Notes: generated by a model not told the origin, from the letters alone. A stretch of 64,000 nt of DNA from an uncultured Eubacterium sp. (GCA_964631845.1 CAZWAG010000001.1:9547-73546); one strand, 5' to 3'. Shown: positions 30,011 to 39,962, counted from the first letter of the stretch. Numbers and translations are program-made.

Positions 30011-31969
30011 TTATTCGCTGATTTCCTGAGCATCAACCTCGATTGTTTTGTCTTTTTTGCAGAATGCAAATAATGTTGCAAGCAACACTACAAATGCCAC
30101 AAGACCAACCCAGTTACCAACTGACTGGAAATTGTTTCCGTAGATTGATGACATATCAATCTTAGTGTCAAGTTTAACTACAGCAAATATTGCAAGCAGT
30201 ATACCTACGATACCTTCACCGGCAATCATACCTGCAGAATAAAGAACGCCCTTGTCCTGTGCGTCTCTCTTCTGCTTTTCGCTTGAATACTTTCTCCTAT
30301 CAATGATCCACTTGATTGAACCACCAACCATGATTGGCGCACTCAAGTGAATTGGCAAGTACAAACCGATAGCAAAGGCTAATACCGGAACACCCAATAC
30401 TTCAACAATAATTGCTATAACTGCACCAAGAATGATAAGAATCCAAGGAAGATCTCCATTCATAACGCCTTCAACTACGCTCTTCATCAAAGTAGCTTGA
30501 GGAGCAGGTATTTCGCTTCCGCCAAAGCCCCACGCTTTATCTAACAATGTCATTACGCCACCGATAGTGAGTGCTGATACAACTACACCTAACAATTCAC
30601 CAATCTGTTGTCTGATAGGTGTTGCACCTACGATATAACCAGTCTTCAAATCCTGTGAAGTATCACCAGCCATAGCTGCGATGATACAAATGATAGAACC
30701 GATTGAGATTGCCGCAACCATTCCCTTTGCTCCTACTGTTCCTGTAAGCTTGAGAAGAATAGTTGTTACAATAAGTGTTGCGATAGCCATACCTGATACA
30801 GGGTTGTTACTACTTCCTACGATACCTACCATTCTAGATGATACTGTAGCGAAGAAGAAACCGAACACGATAATAATAAGTGCTCCTAATAGGTTTACCT
30901 CTACCATTGGTAAAATCCACATTAAAAATGCTAAAGCAAGAACACCACCAATTACGATTGGCATTGGTAAATCCTTCTGTGTTCTGCTTCCACCTGAAAC
31001 ATTCTTTCCAAATCCACCAAGCGCCTGCTTGAATGTTTTAACCATTGTTGGGAATGTCTTAACAAGACTTATAACACCACCTGCTGCTACTGCACCTGCA
31101 CCAATATATTTAATATACTGACTCCATATAGTCCAAACATCCAACTGATTGTAAGGGATAGCCTTTCCTGCTTCATCTAATACTCTGCTTGCACCTTCGC
31201 CACCGAAGAAGATGATTGAAGGAATAAGTACTAACCATGAAAGAATACCACCTGCAAACATATAGCTTGAAATCTTTGGTCCACAAATGTAGCCTACACC
31301 TGCCAATGCAGGGAGAACATCCATACCTATACCGGCCTGGTATGCACTTCCGTTTCCAGTGTTTACTTTGATGCCAAAATCAACTTCACTTGGGAATAAC
31401 TTTAATCCGTCAGCGATAAATTTGTATACTGCAGCGATTCCAAGTCCTGCAAATACAACCTTAGATTTTGAGCCACCCTCTTCACCTGCAAGAAGCACCT
31501 CTGCACAGGCTGTTCCTTCCGGATAAGGTAATACCCCATGTTCCTCAACTATTAATGCTGTTCTAAGAGGTACCATGAATAAAACACCAAGTACACCACC
31601 AAACAAAGCAATAATAGCAATTGTCATAAATGAAGGCATATCACATGCGCCTTCCTTTGCCCACATATATAATGCCGGCATTGTAAAAATAGCACCTGCT
31701 GCCAATGATTCCCCTGCTGAACCTATAGTCTGTACCATATTGTTTTCCAAGATAGAATCTTTTCTTAAAATAACACGGATAACACCCATAGAGATAACTG
31801 CTGCCGGAATTGAAGCAGATACTGTCATGCCTACTCTTAATCCGAGATAAGCATTGGCAGCGCCAAATACTACAGCAAGAATAAGTCCTAAAACAATAGA
31901 TGTCGCTGTAAATTCAGGGACAATGCTATCTGCTGAAATAAATGGCTTGAACTCTTTTTTATTGTCCAT
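30011..31969 (-). CDS. OPT-family oligopeptide transporter
   Basis: NAYLGLRVG, SIPAAVIS, ENNMVQT, LPYPEGTACAEVL, SNNPVSG, DTSQDLKTG, PAPQATLM. Confidence 0.95.
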   Translation of the reverse strand: MDNKKEFKPFISADSIVPEFTATSIVLGLILAVVFGAANAYLGLRVGMTVSASIPAAVISMGVIRVILRKDSILENNMVQTIGSAGESLAAGAIFTMPALYMWAKEGACDMPSFMTIAIIALFGGVLGVLFMVPLRTALIVEEHGVLPYPEGTACAEVLLAGEEGGSKSKVVFAGLGIAAVYKFIADGLKLFPSEVDFGIKVNTGNGSAYQAGIGMDVLPALAGVGYICGPKISSYMFAGGILSWLVLIPSIIFFGGEGASRVLDEAGKAIPYNQLDVWTIWSQYIKYIGAGAVAAGGVISLVKTFPTMVKTFKQALGGFGKNVSGGSRTQKDLPMPIVIGGVLALAFLMWILPMVEVNLLGALIIIVFGFFFATVSSRMVGIVGSSNNPVSGMAIATLIVTTILLKLTGTVGAKGMVAAISIGSIICIIAAMAGDTSQDLKTGYIVGATPIRQQIGELLGVVVSALTIGGVMTLLDKAWGFGGSEIPAPQATLMKSVVEGVMNGDLPWILIILGAVIAIIVEVLGVPVLAFAIGLYLPIHLSAPIMVGGSIKWIIDRRKYSSEKQKRDAQDKGVLYSAGMIAGEGIVGILLAIFAVVKLDTKIDMSSIYGNNFQSVGNWVGLVAFVVLLATLFAFCKKDKTIEVDAQEISE

Positions 31970-32070
31970 TATTTTCTCTCCTTTGTAATATTACTGTATT
32001 AAATATTATAATAAATTTTCTTAACAAAATAAAGCATTTAATTAATAATATTATGTGGATAAATATGGAA

Positions 32071-32102
32071 AAAGCTTCTATGCCTTTTGACACAGAAGCT
32101 TT
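32071..32102 (-). terminator. Terminator after the nucleotidyltransferase gene
   Basis: aaagcttctatgcc-tttt-gacacagaagcttt. Confidence 0.55.
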
Positions 32103-33228
32103 ATTTTTTCAAGAAATTATTCAGTTCCATTTTAACTCGTTTCCAGTTAAAAAATACAGATTTAAACAATCTGTGTATCCATAAAAAAGGAAGAAGCCAT
32201 CCATGTTTCTTTAGAGAAGGGTAAATAAATTCCATTCTCTCACGCTCCATAAACATTCTTCTAAAGAAGAATCCCTTTTTACTTTTTATACCCTGTTCCC
32301 TTTTATATTTTTCAAAGGACCATTTCTGGTATTGCTCAAATGTACCAAATACTCCACTGTTTATTATGTACTCTGCCGGTGCCTTTAACTCTTCTGTCAT
32401 AGCACCTTCACCAAACCACGCCTGTGCAAGATCTCTGCACATTTTTTCAAACTCGACATAATTCATCTTTTCAAGAATCGGGTTTACATAATTCCAGTCT
32501 AATTTATCAAATATATTTTCCATCAGATAATACTGGTCAATAATTGAACGTATTCCACTACCACCCATGGAATAATGCTTTTCAAAATGAAGAAGATGGA
32601 ACAAATAGTAATCCTCCCATGTCATATGCATGAGCTTTGAATTGTTCTCATCAGGAACAAGTCTATCCCATATATCATCTGTGTGCCAATGGTTTTCTTC
32701 TGTAGGTGGCAACAATCTTCTGTGCATTTCCACTTCCATATACGGACGCTTTTTATACACATCATGGCTGTCCTCAAGTCCTACATCGTCCGGTTCATAA
32801 CCGAGATTTTTCATTATCTCTACTACATCGTCAACCTTGCCCGGCTCTATCAGATAATCCAAATCGGCCATCTGCCTGAATTGATTCATTCTATACATAG
32901 GTTTCATCAAATATCCTTTTAGCGGAAGAATTCCAATATTTGATTTTGTAACCTCTTCGATTATGGCCTTCGCCTCTTCGATTTGAACCAAGTCTAATAT
33001 CTCATTATTTTCATGAGCCCTCAACCATAAATTAGCCTCTTCGCCTTCCGGCTTATTCTCCACCTTTTTAGCAGAATAAAAAGCCATCTCTTCAACCTTG
33101 TGATATACCGCCAAATCGTATACTTCCTTCCATGTAATATCTTCCGGTTTTTCAAGTGGCTTTTCATTTCTTATGGTACAGCGTATTAAATTTATTAAAT
33201 ATTCACTAACTGACTGTTTAATTTCCAT
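32101..33228 (-). CDS. Nucleotidyltransferase-family protein (NTP_transf_5-like)
   Basis: PLKG...Y.....RQMADLDYLI, EVEMH, HFEKH....GSGIRSIID. Confidence 0.85.
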   Translation of the reverse strand: MEIKQSVSEYLINLIRCTIRNEKPLEKPEDITWKEVYDLAVYHKVEEMAFYSAKKVENKPEGEEANLWLRAHENNEILDLVQIEEAKAIIEEVTKSNIGILPLKGYLMKPMYRMNQFRQMADLDYLIEPGKVDDVVEIMKNLGYEPDDVGLEDSHDVYKKRPYMEVEMHRRLLPPTEENHWHTDDIWDRLVPDENNSKLMHMTWEDYYLFHLLHFEKHYSMGGSGIRSIIDQYYLMENIFDKLDWNYVNPILEKMNYVEFEKMCRDLAQAWFGEGAMTEELKAPAEYIINSGVFGTFEQYQKWSFEKYKREQGIKSKKGFFFRRMFMERERMEFIYPSLKKHGWLLPFLWIHRLFKSVFFNWKRVKMELNNFLKK

Positions 33229-33258
33229 TATACCCTTACCACGGCAATATTGCCTGTA

Positions 33259-33954
33259 TTATTCTATAATTGTCTCCTCTTCATCAACAGGAGCTACTGT
33301 CGGTTCCTCTGTCTCCTCTTCATCAACAGGTGCCTGTGTTGTTGGCTTTGGCTTTGGAGTTGGAGCTTCAGTTGTAGTCGGTTTCTTTTTCTTCTTTGTT
33401 GTTGGAGCGTCTGTTTTCTTTTCTGTAGCTCTCTCTATCTCCTTTTCTGTTGTCTCCTCCTCCGGAAGAGTACCCTTCTCCAGTGTAGCTGTCTCTTGAA
33501 CAGTAGTTGGTTCTACCTTGTCACCATTTTTTCCAAACGTACTAGACAAAATTATAGCAACAATAACAATAACAATTATGATTCCTACTGACACGGCAAT
33601 CGCGATAATATTCATCTTTTTATTTTGGTTTTGAATGGCAAGCCTGTCAGCATCAGATGTCTCTTCAACTACATATTCGTATTCTTCCTCGTCATCATCC
33701 TCAAACCCAATGTCTGGTGTCGACTCTTCCTCCGGGAAATCAAAGTCCTCGATAACATCTTCCTCATACTTGATTTCCTTTGGAAATTCGTCGTCTATAT
33801 CATCTATCATATCCACTGCTTCCATTTCCTCAATGTCTTTGACATCAAACACCTTTGTTTCATCAAGGTTTTCTTCTTTTGGAACAGGAGTGCCACATTC
33901 AGGGCAAAATTTTTGACCCAAGGCAATAAATTTTCCACAATTCTTACAAATCAT
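33259..33954 (-). CDS. Zinc-ribbon single-pass membrane protein with acidic and Pro/Thr-rich low-complexity regions
   Basis: CKNCG...FCPECG, an acidic tract, one TM helix, and APVDEEET duplicated at the C-terminus. Confidence 0.8.
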   Translation of the reverse strand: MICKNCGKFIALGQKFCPECGTPVPKEENLDETKVFDVKDIEEMEAVDMIDDIDDEFPKEIKYEEDVIEDFDFPEEESTPDIGFEDDDEEEYEYVVEETSDADRLAIQNQNKKMNIIAIAVSVGIIIVIVIVAIILSSTFGKNGDKVEPTTVQETATLEKGTLPEEETTEKEIERATEKKTDAPTTKKKKKPTTTEAPTPKPKPTTQAPVDEEETEEPTVAPVDEEETIIE

Positions 33955-34063
33955 AATGTCCTCCTATGTAATAAGTTATATTTATTAAACACATTAATAC
34001 ACAATAATATTGCAAAACAAATTCCATATAATTATATTCTACTTGGGCCAATGTTTTCAACCA

Positions 34064-34561
34064 TTAAATATATTTTTTTATATAGTCCTCCATCAAAATC
34101 TTCTCCATCCCCAAGGCAATAGAAAATTCTTCGTGAAGGTTATCCTTCGCTTCCTTCAAGTATTTATCGTCTATATACGTCATTCTTTTGCCTTCTGCCA
34201 TACGTTCCCTTCCACGAATGTGCAGTGTTTTTATTATCTCAATCAATTTACGACAATCACATGAGGCGATAGCTTCTTTATATACAGCTTCACGCTGCCT
34301 GTCATTTTCAATATATACCGGTTCTATATCTTTTATTCCCTCTAATAGGTTTTCCACCTCACTCTTTGAAAGTATAGCTCTCATCACTACTCTATCACTA
34401 TCTACCGGATAAAAAATCTTGCTGTCTGCTGATTTCATAGGCACTAGCTGATAGTATAATTGATTCTTGTCCGCGCCATTAACATCAATGTGCGTAATGT
34501 CTTCTACCTTACATACCCCGTTTCTTCCATGAACAATATAATCTCCTACACTAAACATCAT
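34064..34561 (-). CDS. CarD/TRCF-family transcriptional regulator
   Basis: FSVGDYIVHGRNGVCKVEDI...YYQL and EAKDNLHEEFSIAL. Confidence 0.88.
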   Translation of the reverse strand: MMFSVGDYIVHGRNGVCKVEDITHIDVNGADKNQLYYQLVPMKSADSKIFYPVDSDRVVMRAILSKSEVENLLEGIKDIEPVYIENDRQREAVYKEAIASCDCRKLIEIIKTLHIRGRERMAEGKRMTYIDDKYLKEAKDNLHEEFSIALGMEKILMEDYIKKYI

Positions 34562-34614
34562 TTCACCTTTCTTTTATATATACGCATCCTTAGCGGAGCG
34601 TTTTTATATCCTAG

Positions 34615-34906
34615 GATTGGGGTGTCAAAAGGTCACCATATGAAATATTTTTGTCAAAATACACAAAAAGAATTTAATAAAAGGATGTATTTCAAAACAA
34701 TAGGCAGTTGTCCGCAAAGTTTTTCGAGCATAGCTACTGCGTTCGGAGCACTGTTTGAGCCCGACAGGGCGAGTTTGCGAAGGACGCAGTTAATAAGCGG
34801 CGCAGAAAAACAAGGACAACAACGTGTTTTGAAATATACCTTTTATTTATTCTTTTGTGCATTTTGACAATAAAACTTCATAGGGTGACCTTTTGACACC
34901 CCAATC
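34615..34906. mobile_element. 292-bp palindromic non-coding element (MITE/REPIN-like, putative)
   Basis: 23-bp perfect terminal inverted repeat gattggggtgtcaaaaggtcacc extending imperfectly to about 110 bp, around a GC-rich structured core. No transposase in the window, so mobility is inferred. Confidence 0.6.
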
Positions 34907-34945
34907 ATCATAGGAAATTCTGATGAATTTTCTATGATATAAAAA

Positions 34946-34977
34946 CACAGCCAACTGACATAGTCTATTGGCTGTGC
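34946..34977 (-). terminator. Terminator after the small membrane ORF
   Basis: cacagccaa-ctgacatagtcta-ttggctgtg, with an A tract on the left. Confidence 0.55.
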
Positions 34978-35067
34978 GTTGTACTTTTATTAAATTATAA
35001 CTCTTTTTTAAACAAAATGTCATAGACAAAATGAACAAGATTTTGATATTTAAATGATATCTTTTTG

Positions 35068-35253
35068 CTATTTCAGCATATCCTTCGCCGTAAAAAATAT
35101 TATTACTATCGCAATTAAAAACGCAAAAACAAATACTACTAAAAAGCTTTGCTCTGTAGCGGCTTTGATTAGCATTGCAATAAAGACAATACATAAAAGA
35201 ATCAGCATTGCTGCTATAGTAATAATCATACTGTTATATTTTTTTCTGTTCAT
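35068..35253 (-). CDS. Small two-TM hypothetical protein
   Basis: Two hydrophobic helices, co-oriented after degV. Start probably MNRKKY. Confidence 0.55.
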   Translation of the reverse strand: MNRKKYNSMIITIAAMLILLCIVFIAMLIKAATEQSFLVVFVFAFLIAIVIIFFTAKDMLK

Positions 35254-35293
35254 AATACCAATCACCCTCAATCAGTTTCCGACAATGCAATTA

Positions 35294-36292
35294 TTATTCA
35301 TCTTCATCTGCATCATCGTTGTTGTTCATCTTTTCTTCCTCGACAATATGACGAATGTAAGCCTCTTCCTGTCTCTTTTCCTCTTCCTCCATTATGCCAT
35401 TCTTGTTTGTGTCAAACTGCTCATCATATGGCCCATAGCTTGTTCCTCCGGAAATAAATAATATTCCAAGAGTTCCCGGTCCACAGTGGCAGGAGATAAC
35501 GCTTCCCGCTGAAGTAACAAGAATCTCTTTAAAGTGATTCAAGCTTTCCAGATAGCTCTTTACCTGTTCTATAACTTCATCACTGCAGGAGGAATGAGTG
35601 ATAAATACCCTGTCTTTTTTTGCCTTCTTCAATTCAGGCTCTAATTCTTTAACGTACTGAACGATAACCTTCTGAATACTTCCTCTATACTTCTTTGAAG
35701 CATCCATTTTACCATTTTCGACAATAATTTTTGGTTTAATTTTGAACACACCACCTACAAGCGCTGATGTTGCCGAACATCTTCCACCTCTATGTAAATA
35801 TTTTAATGTATCAACTACAAAGCTTACATTAACATATTCTTTTAACGCTTCTATATGAGCAACTATCTCCTGGGCTGATTTTCCTTCTTTTATCATTTCA
35901 GCCGCTTCAACAATCAACAATCCATTACCTGTTGATAGATTCCTTGAGTCAATTACAGATATGTGATCTTCGTAATCCAGACTTTGTGCAGCTAATCTCA
36001 TTACCTGAGCTGTAGCAGATATCTCTCCGGAAATTGCAAATGCAATCACATCGTCTCCACTCTCCTTGTAGGGTTCAAAAATATTCATTGCATCCTCAAT
36101 AGACGGAGCTGATGTCTTTGGTGTTGTGTTATTTTCATCTGACCATTTATATATAGTCTCAACATCTATACCTACTCCGTCCCTGTACTCCTCATCTCCT
36201 AAATGAATGTACAACGGAAGAATTTCTATATCATATTTTTCTATTAATTCCTTTGAAAGGTCGCAAGTGCTATCCGCAATTATTTTAATCAT
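35294..36292 (-). CDS. DegV/FakB fatty-acid-binding protein with an acidic C-terminal extension
   Basis: IIADSTCDL, PKTSAPS, IDSRNLS, LKYLHRGGR, SCHCGPGTLG, plus about 50 extra residues. Confidence 0.92.
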   Translation of the reverse strand: MIKIIADSTCDLSKELIEKYDIEILPLYIHLGDEEYRDGVGIDVETIYKWSDENNTTPKTSAPSIEDAMNIFEPYKESGDDVIAFAISGEISATAQVMRLAAQSLDYEDHISVIDSRNLSTGNGLLIVEAAEMIKEGKSAQEIVAHIEALKEYVNVSFVVDTLKYLHRGGRCSATSALVGGVFKIKPKIIVENGKMDASKKYRGSIQKVIVQYVKELEPELKKAKKDRVFITHSSCSDEVIEQVKSYLESLNHFKEILVTSAGSVISCHCGPGTLGILFISGGTSYGPYDEQFDTNKNGIMEEEEKRQEEAYIRHIVEEEKMNNNDDADEDE

Positions 36293-36316
36293 GATTTCCC
36301 CTCTTTTTATAAAATA

Positions 36317-37243
36317 TTATATTTCGTTCTGTACCTCATTAACATCGTATGGTGTAGTCTGATATACATAATAATTAATCCAGTTAGTCCATAAAAGCTG
36401 TCCGGCTGAGCGCCAGTTTACTATAGGCTTCTTTGTCGGATCGTTATCCGGGAAATAATTAACGGGTGGTTCAGGGTTCATTCCCTTTGCAGCATCTCTG
36501 TCATATTCCAATTTCAAAGTATCCCAATCATATTCTGAATGGCACAGAACAAAGAACTGTCTGCTGTCCTGTGATTTTACAATTGCAACTCCTGCTTCAT
36601 CTGACTCTGCCATCAGTTCAAGACCTGGTGTTTCGAGAATCTGCTCTCTTGTAATCTCTGTAGCTCTTGAGTGAGGAGCCCAGAACTCATCATCAAATCC
36701 TCTGAAAAGCGGAGAAGTTTTATTCAATATTTTATGCTTATATATGCCTGAAAGCTTAGGCACTCTGTCTCTCTTTTGAATTCCGTAATGATAATACAGT
36801 CCTGCAAAGGCACCCCAACACAAATAAAATGTGCAGTGAACGTGCTTTTTGGACCATTCCATAATTTCACACACTTCATCCCAGTAATCCACATCCTTGT
36901 AATCAACAAAATCAAGTGGTGCACCTGTAATAATCAATCCGTCATAATAATTTTGGTTAACCTGATAGAATGTCTTGTAATACTCATCCAGATATGTTTT
37001 ATCTGCATGCTGTGACTGATATGTTGCAGTCTGCAAAAATTCTACTTCTATCTGAAGTGGTGTATTTGATAATTTTCTTAAAATCTGTGTCTCTGTCACT
37101 ACTTTTGTAGGCATAAGATTAAGAACTAAGACCTTCAGCGGACGAATGTCCTGTGTCATAGCTCTGTTTTCTGTCATAACAAATATATTTTCATTTTCTA
37201 AAATGTCTCTAGCTGCAAGATTCTGCTTAATTTTAATCGGCAT
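36317..37243 (-). CDS. metA: Homoserine O-acyltransferase (MetA family)
   Basis: QDIRPL, LNLMP, ITGAP, LCWGA, PHSR, HSEYD, NYYVYQTTPY. Start MPIKI at 37243. Confidence 0.95.
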   Translation of the reverse strand: MPIKIKQNLAARDILENENIFVMTENRAMTQDIRPLKVLVLNLMPTKVVTETQILRKLSNTPLQIEVEFLQTATYQSQHADKTYLDEYYKTFYQVNQNYYDGLIITGAPLDFVDYKDVDYWDEVCEIMEWSKKHVHCTFYLCWGAFAGLYYHYGIQKRDRVPKLSGIYKHKILNKTSPLFRGFDDEFWAPHSRATEITREQILETPGLELMAESDEAGVAIVKSQDSRQFFVLCHSEYDWDTLKLEYDRDAAKGMNPEPPVNYFPDNDPTKKPIVNWRSAGQLLWTNWINYYVYQTTPYDVNEVQNEI

Positions 37244-37409
37244 ATTTTCACCCTCTATCACATTTTATATTTTACTAAACTCTATAAAAAAGTATCTATT
37301 TAAAGGTAGATTTTATCACATATTACTTGAATCTGTCCACCCAAAACTACCTGGTATAATCAATGCGTTTTCGTCTCATGCTATTTATGTCGAAATATTA
37401 CAGACATAA

Positions 37410-38249
37410 TTAATTATGTTTTATTTTAGTTCCAATCCTCTGACCTGCAACAACAGGTGTCTCAATATTATTCTCTGTTGCCACGAATAATTCATTGTCT
37501 ATTCTAGCTACTCCTTCTTGAAGCAACACTACAATTGTCGAACCACCATACAGGAACATTCCCTTTTCTTCTCCTCTAAAAACGTCGCCCTCCGTCTGAT
37601 GATTTTTGATTTTCCCAATCATCAGTGCTCCAACCTCTATCTGTGACACAACACCGAAGTTTTTTGTCTCTATTACTGTGTACTCTCTGGCATTCTGTAC
37701 AAACACCGGGTATTTTTCAAGCGCAATGGGACGAACCGTGTGTAATTTTCCTTTAACAGGCTTATTCTCTAATATTTGCCCATCGTCCAAATACAGATAT
37801 CTGTGATAATTGTCAACACACAGTCTAAACACAAGGCATATTCCGTCCTTATAGAGATTGCAATATTTACTTCCTTTTAGCAAATCATCAATAGTATAAA
37901 GACTTCCCTTAATTTCAAAGCACGCTTCGTCGATAACCTTATATGCAGATAATTTTCCGTCACACGGTGATACAAATGCATCATCACTCATATCAAACGG
38001 TCTATTTTCCTTTTTTATTTTCCTTGTAAAAAAGTCATTAAAATTTTTATATTTTTCATTCTCATATAAATTCATATCTATATTGTTTTTCCTGATAAAA
38101 CTTTTAATATGAATCTTTGAGACGGCACAATTCATATAAGCCCCGCCAATTTTTGAAATTGCAGGGCTTATAAGTATTCTCAGTACCATTCTTCCCGGCA
38201 CTGTATTATATAAAAATTTTAGTAACTTTGATTCCTGTTTACAATCCAT
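37410..38249 (-). CDS. psd: Phosphatidylserine decarboxylase proenzyme
   Basis: FNDFFTR, SPCDG, YHR, EVGA, and the GGST autocleavage motif. Confidence 0.93.
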   Translation of the reverse strand: MDCKQESKLLKFLYNTVPGRMVLRILISPAISKIGGAYMNCAVSKIHIKSFIRKNNIDMNLYENEKYKNFNDFFTRKIKKENRPFDMSDDAFVSPCDGKLSAYKVIDEACFEIKGSLYTIDDLLKGSKYCNLYKDGICLVFRLCVDNYHRYLYLDDGQILENKPVKGKLHTVRPIALEKYPVFVQNAREYTVIETKNFGVVSQIEVGALMIGKIKNHQTEGDVFRGEEKGMFLYGGSTIVVLLQEGVARIDNELFVATENNIETPVVAGQRIGTKIKHN

Positions 38250-38925
38250 ATCTCGCCCTCATTAACCTAAAAATAAGAACAATAATAAATTCAAGCGCAC
38301 CCACAGACACAAATCCATATACTATCGCTGAGGTAGGCTTCTTCAATCTAAATTTTGTTATAAACATTATTCCTACCATAATAAGAAGTATGTAGTATAT
38401 GTACGAAATGTCTGCACAGATAAAATGTCTTATTATTATAAAGGTTGGGAAGATTAATGCAGTTGATGTTACAGGCAAGCCATAGTAATACTTTTCTTCA
38501 ACACCCTCTCCCTGCGTTTCCTCAACAGTTACATTAAAATAAGCAAGTCTGATTAATGCTGTGAGAATAAAAAATGCACTCACACATACAATTATTTCTA
38601 ATGGTATTCTTGTTAAAATAAAATCTACCGGTGCTGCATTTTCAACACGATAAATTGCGACTCCGATACACGCCGGCAATACACCAAATGCAATCAAATC
38701 CGACAATGAATCAATCTGCACTCCAAATGCTTTTTCCTGCTCGGTTCTATTTTTCTTTCTTCTAGCAACTCTCCCGTCAAATGTGTCGCACAATCCCGAA
38801 ATCATAAGACACATAATTCCGATATACGGATGTCCTGAACCACTTAGGCAGACAATAATGCCTATACCAGCTGACAGCGCTGATAAATAAGTGAGAATTA
38901 CTGTATAATCATAAAATCCTAACAT
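38239..38925 (-). CDS. pssA: CDP-alcohol phosphatidyltransferase (phosphatidylserine synthase)
   Basis: DTFDGRVAR...FGVQIDSLSDLIAFGVLP, RLAYFN, YYGLP. Overlaps psd. Confidence 0.88.
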   Translation of the reverse strand: MLGFYDYTVILTYLSALSAGIGIIVCLSGSGHPYIGIMCLMISGLCDTFDGRVARRKKNRTEQEKAFGVQIDSLSDLIAFGVLPACIGVAIYRVENAAPVDFILTRIPLEIIVCVSAFFILTALIRLAYFNVTVEETQGEGVEEKYYYGLPVTSTALIFPTFIIIRHFICADISYIYYILLIMVGIMFITKFRLKKPTSAIVYGFVSVGALEFIIVLIFRLMRARYGL

Positions 38926-39962
38926 TTCTTCTTTTGCTTAATTCCTTTCATACTTTGATACATATAAATTGTCAAAGTGATTATTGCACTAATAAAAACG
39001 CAACAATAAAACGATATTCCTCTGCTCAGCAATTCGATGCATATCGGGTCCTTAATTAAATGTCCAAAACCATCTATATATAAATAATCGGCAATTCCAA
39101 CCGAACCGGGTATCGGAACACTATTCGATCCAAGAACTACGAATCCCTGAGCCGCAAACGCATCTACTATGTTTGACGAAGATTTTGTAACTCCGACAAA
39201 TATGCTTACTGAAACAAAAATTTGCGACAGCCTCTGTGCAATGTTAAATAAAAGAGCTTTAAAAATAGCTTTTTTATTGTGAACAATCAAGTCAGCACAT
39301 TCTTTATATTGCTTTTCCATTTCATCAAGCTTCTTCTTTTTCTTCTCGTATTTTTTGACAAGATGAAGCTTCTTTAATACATTTAGGCAAAAATCACCAA
39401 AGGTTTTTACTATTTTTTCATTATATATAAGTAAAACAAATAATGCCAAAAGCACAAACTGAACGCTAAATCCAACAATTATTAAAAGTTTTGAAAATTT
39501 TCCAAAATGAATTAGATTGTCAAATCCCAAGGCAAAACAGACAATCCCTATTAAGATAATAGATGTAGTATATAAAGTCAAGTTGATAAGCAGTGCGATT
39601 GTTGCCACCGCTGCCGGTATTCCATCCTTTACCATAAAATATGCTGATGCCGGTTGGCCTCCTGTGGCAGATGGTGTAATTGCCGAGAAATATAAATCCG
39701 GTGCTGAATACATTATACCATTACGACTTTTTCTTTTGTATCCAAAGGCCTTCAATATTGAGATTATTGCCAAGCCTTCGAAATAAATAAATCCAAACAT
39801 AAAAACAAATGCCAATGCAATCCATTGCCATGATATATTTTTCAAGAAAAATATGAAATTATCAAACGAAAATGACTTACTTTGACCTATGATGACATAA
39901 ATTGTCAATCCTACGAGAAGTAGGAACATCAAAAGCCATAAATTACTTTTTTTACTCTTCAT
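38919..39962 (-). CDS. LPG_synthase_TM (UPF0104) flippase-like membrane protein
   Basis: FSAITPSATGGQP, PIPGSVG, multiple TM helices. Start ATG 39962. Confidence 0.85.
   Translation of the reverse strand: MKSKKSNLWLLMFLLLVGLTIYVIIGQSKSFSFDNFIFFLKNISWQWIALAFVFMFGFIYFEGLAIISILKAFGYKRKSRNGIMYSAPDLYFSAITPSATGGQPASAYFMVKDGIPAAVATIALLINLTLYTTSIILIGIVCFALGFDNLIHFGKFSKLLIIVGFSVQFVLLALFVLLIYNEKIVKTFGDFCLNVLKKLHLVKKYEKKKKKLDEMEKQYKECADLIVHNKKAIFKALLFNIAQRLSQIFVSVSIFVGVTKSSSNIVDAFAAQGFVVLGSNSVPIPGSVGIADYLYIDGFGHLIKDPICIELLSRGISFYCCVFISAIITLTIYMYQSMKGIKQKKKC

Noticed and set aside
29575-33228. Lasso-peptide biosynthetic cluster
   Set aside because: No precursor, lasso cyclase or B2 peptidase in the window. 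Kept only as an orphan-RRE observation.
34460-35461. ORFs 34460-34867 (+), 34847-35194 (-) and 35054-35461 (+) as a possible transposase or toxin
   Set aside because: No recognisable motifs. They overlap carD, the palindrome, a terminator or degV antisense.
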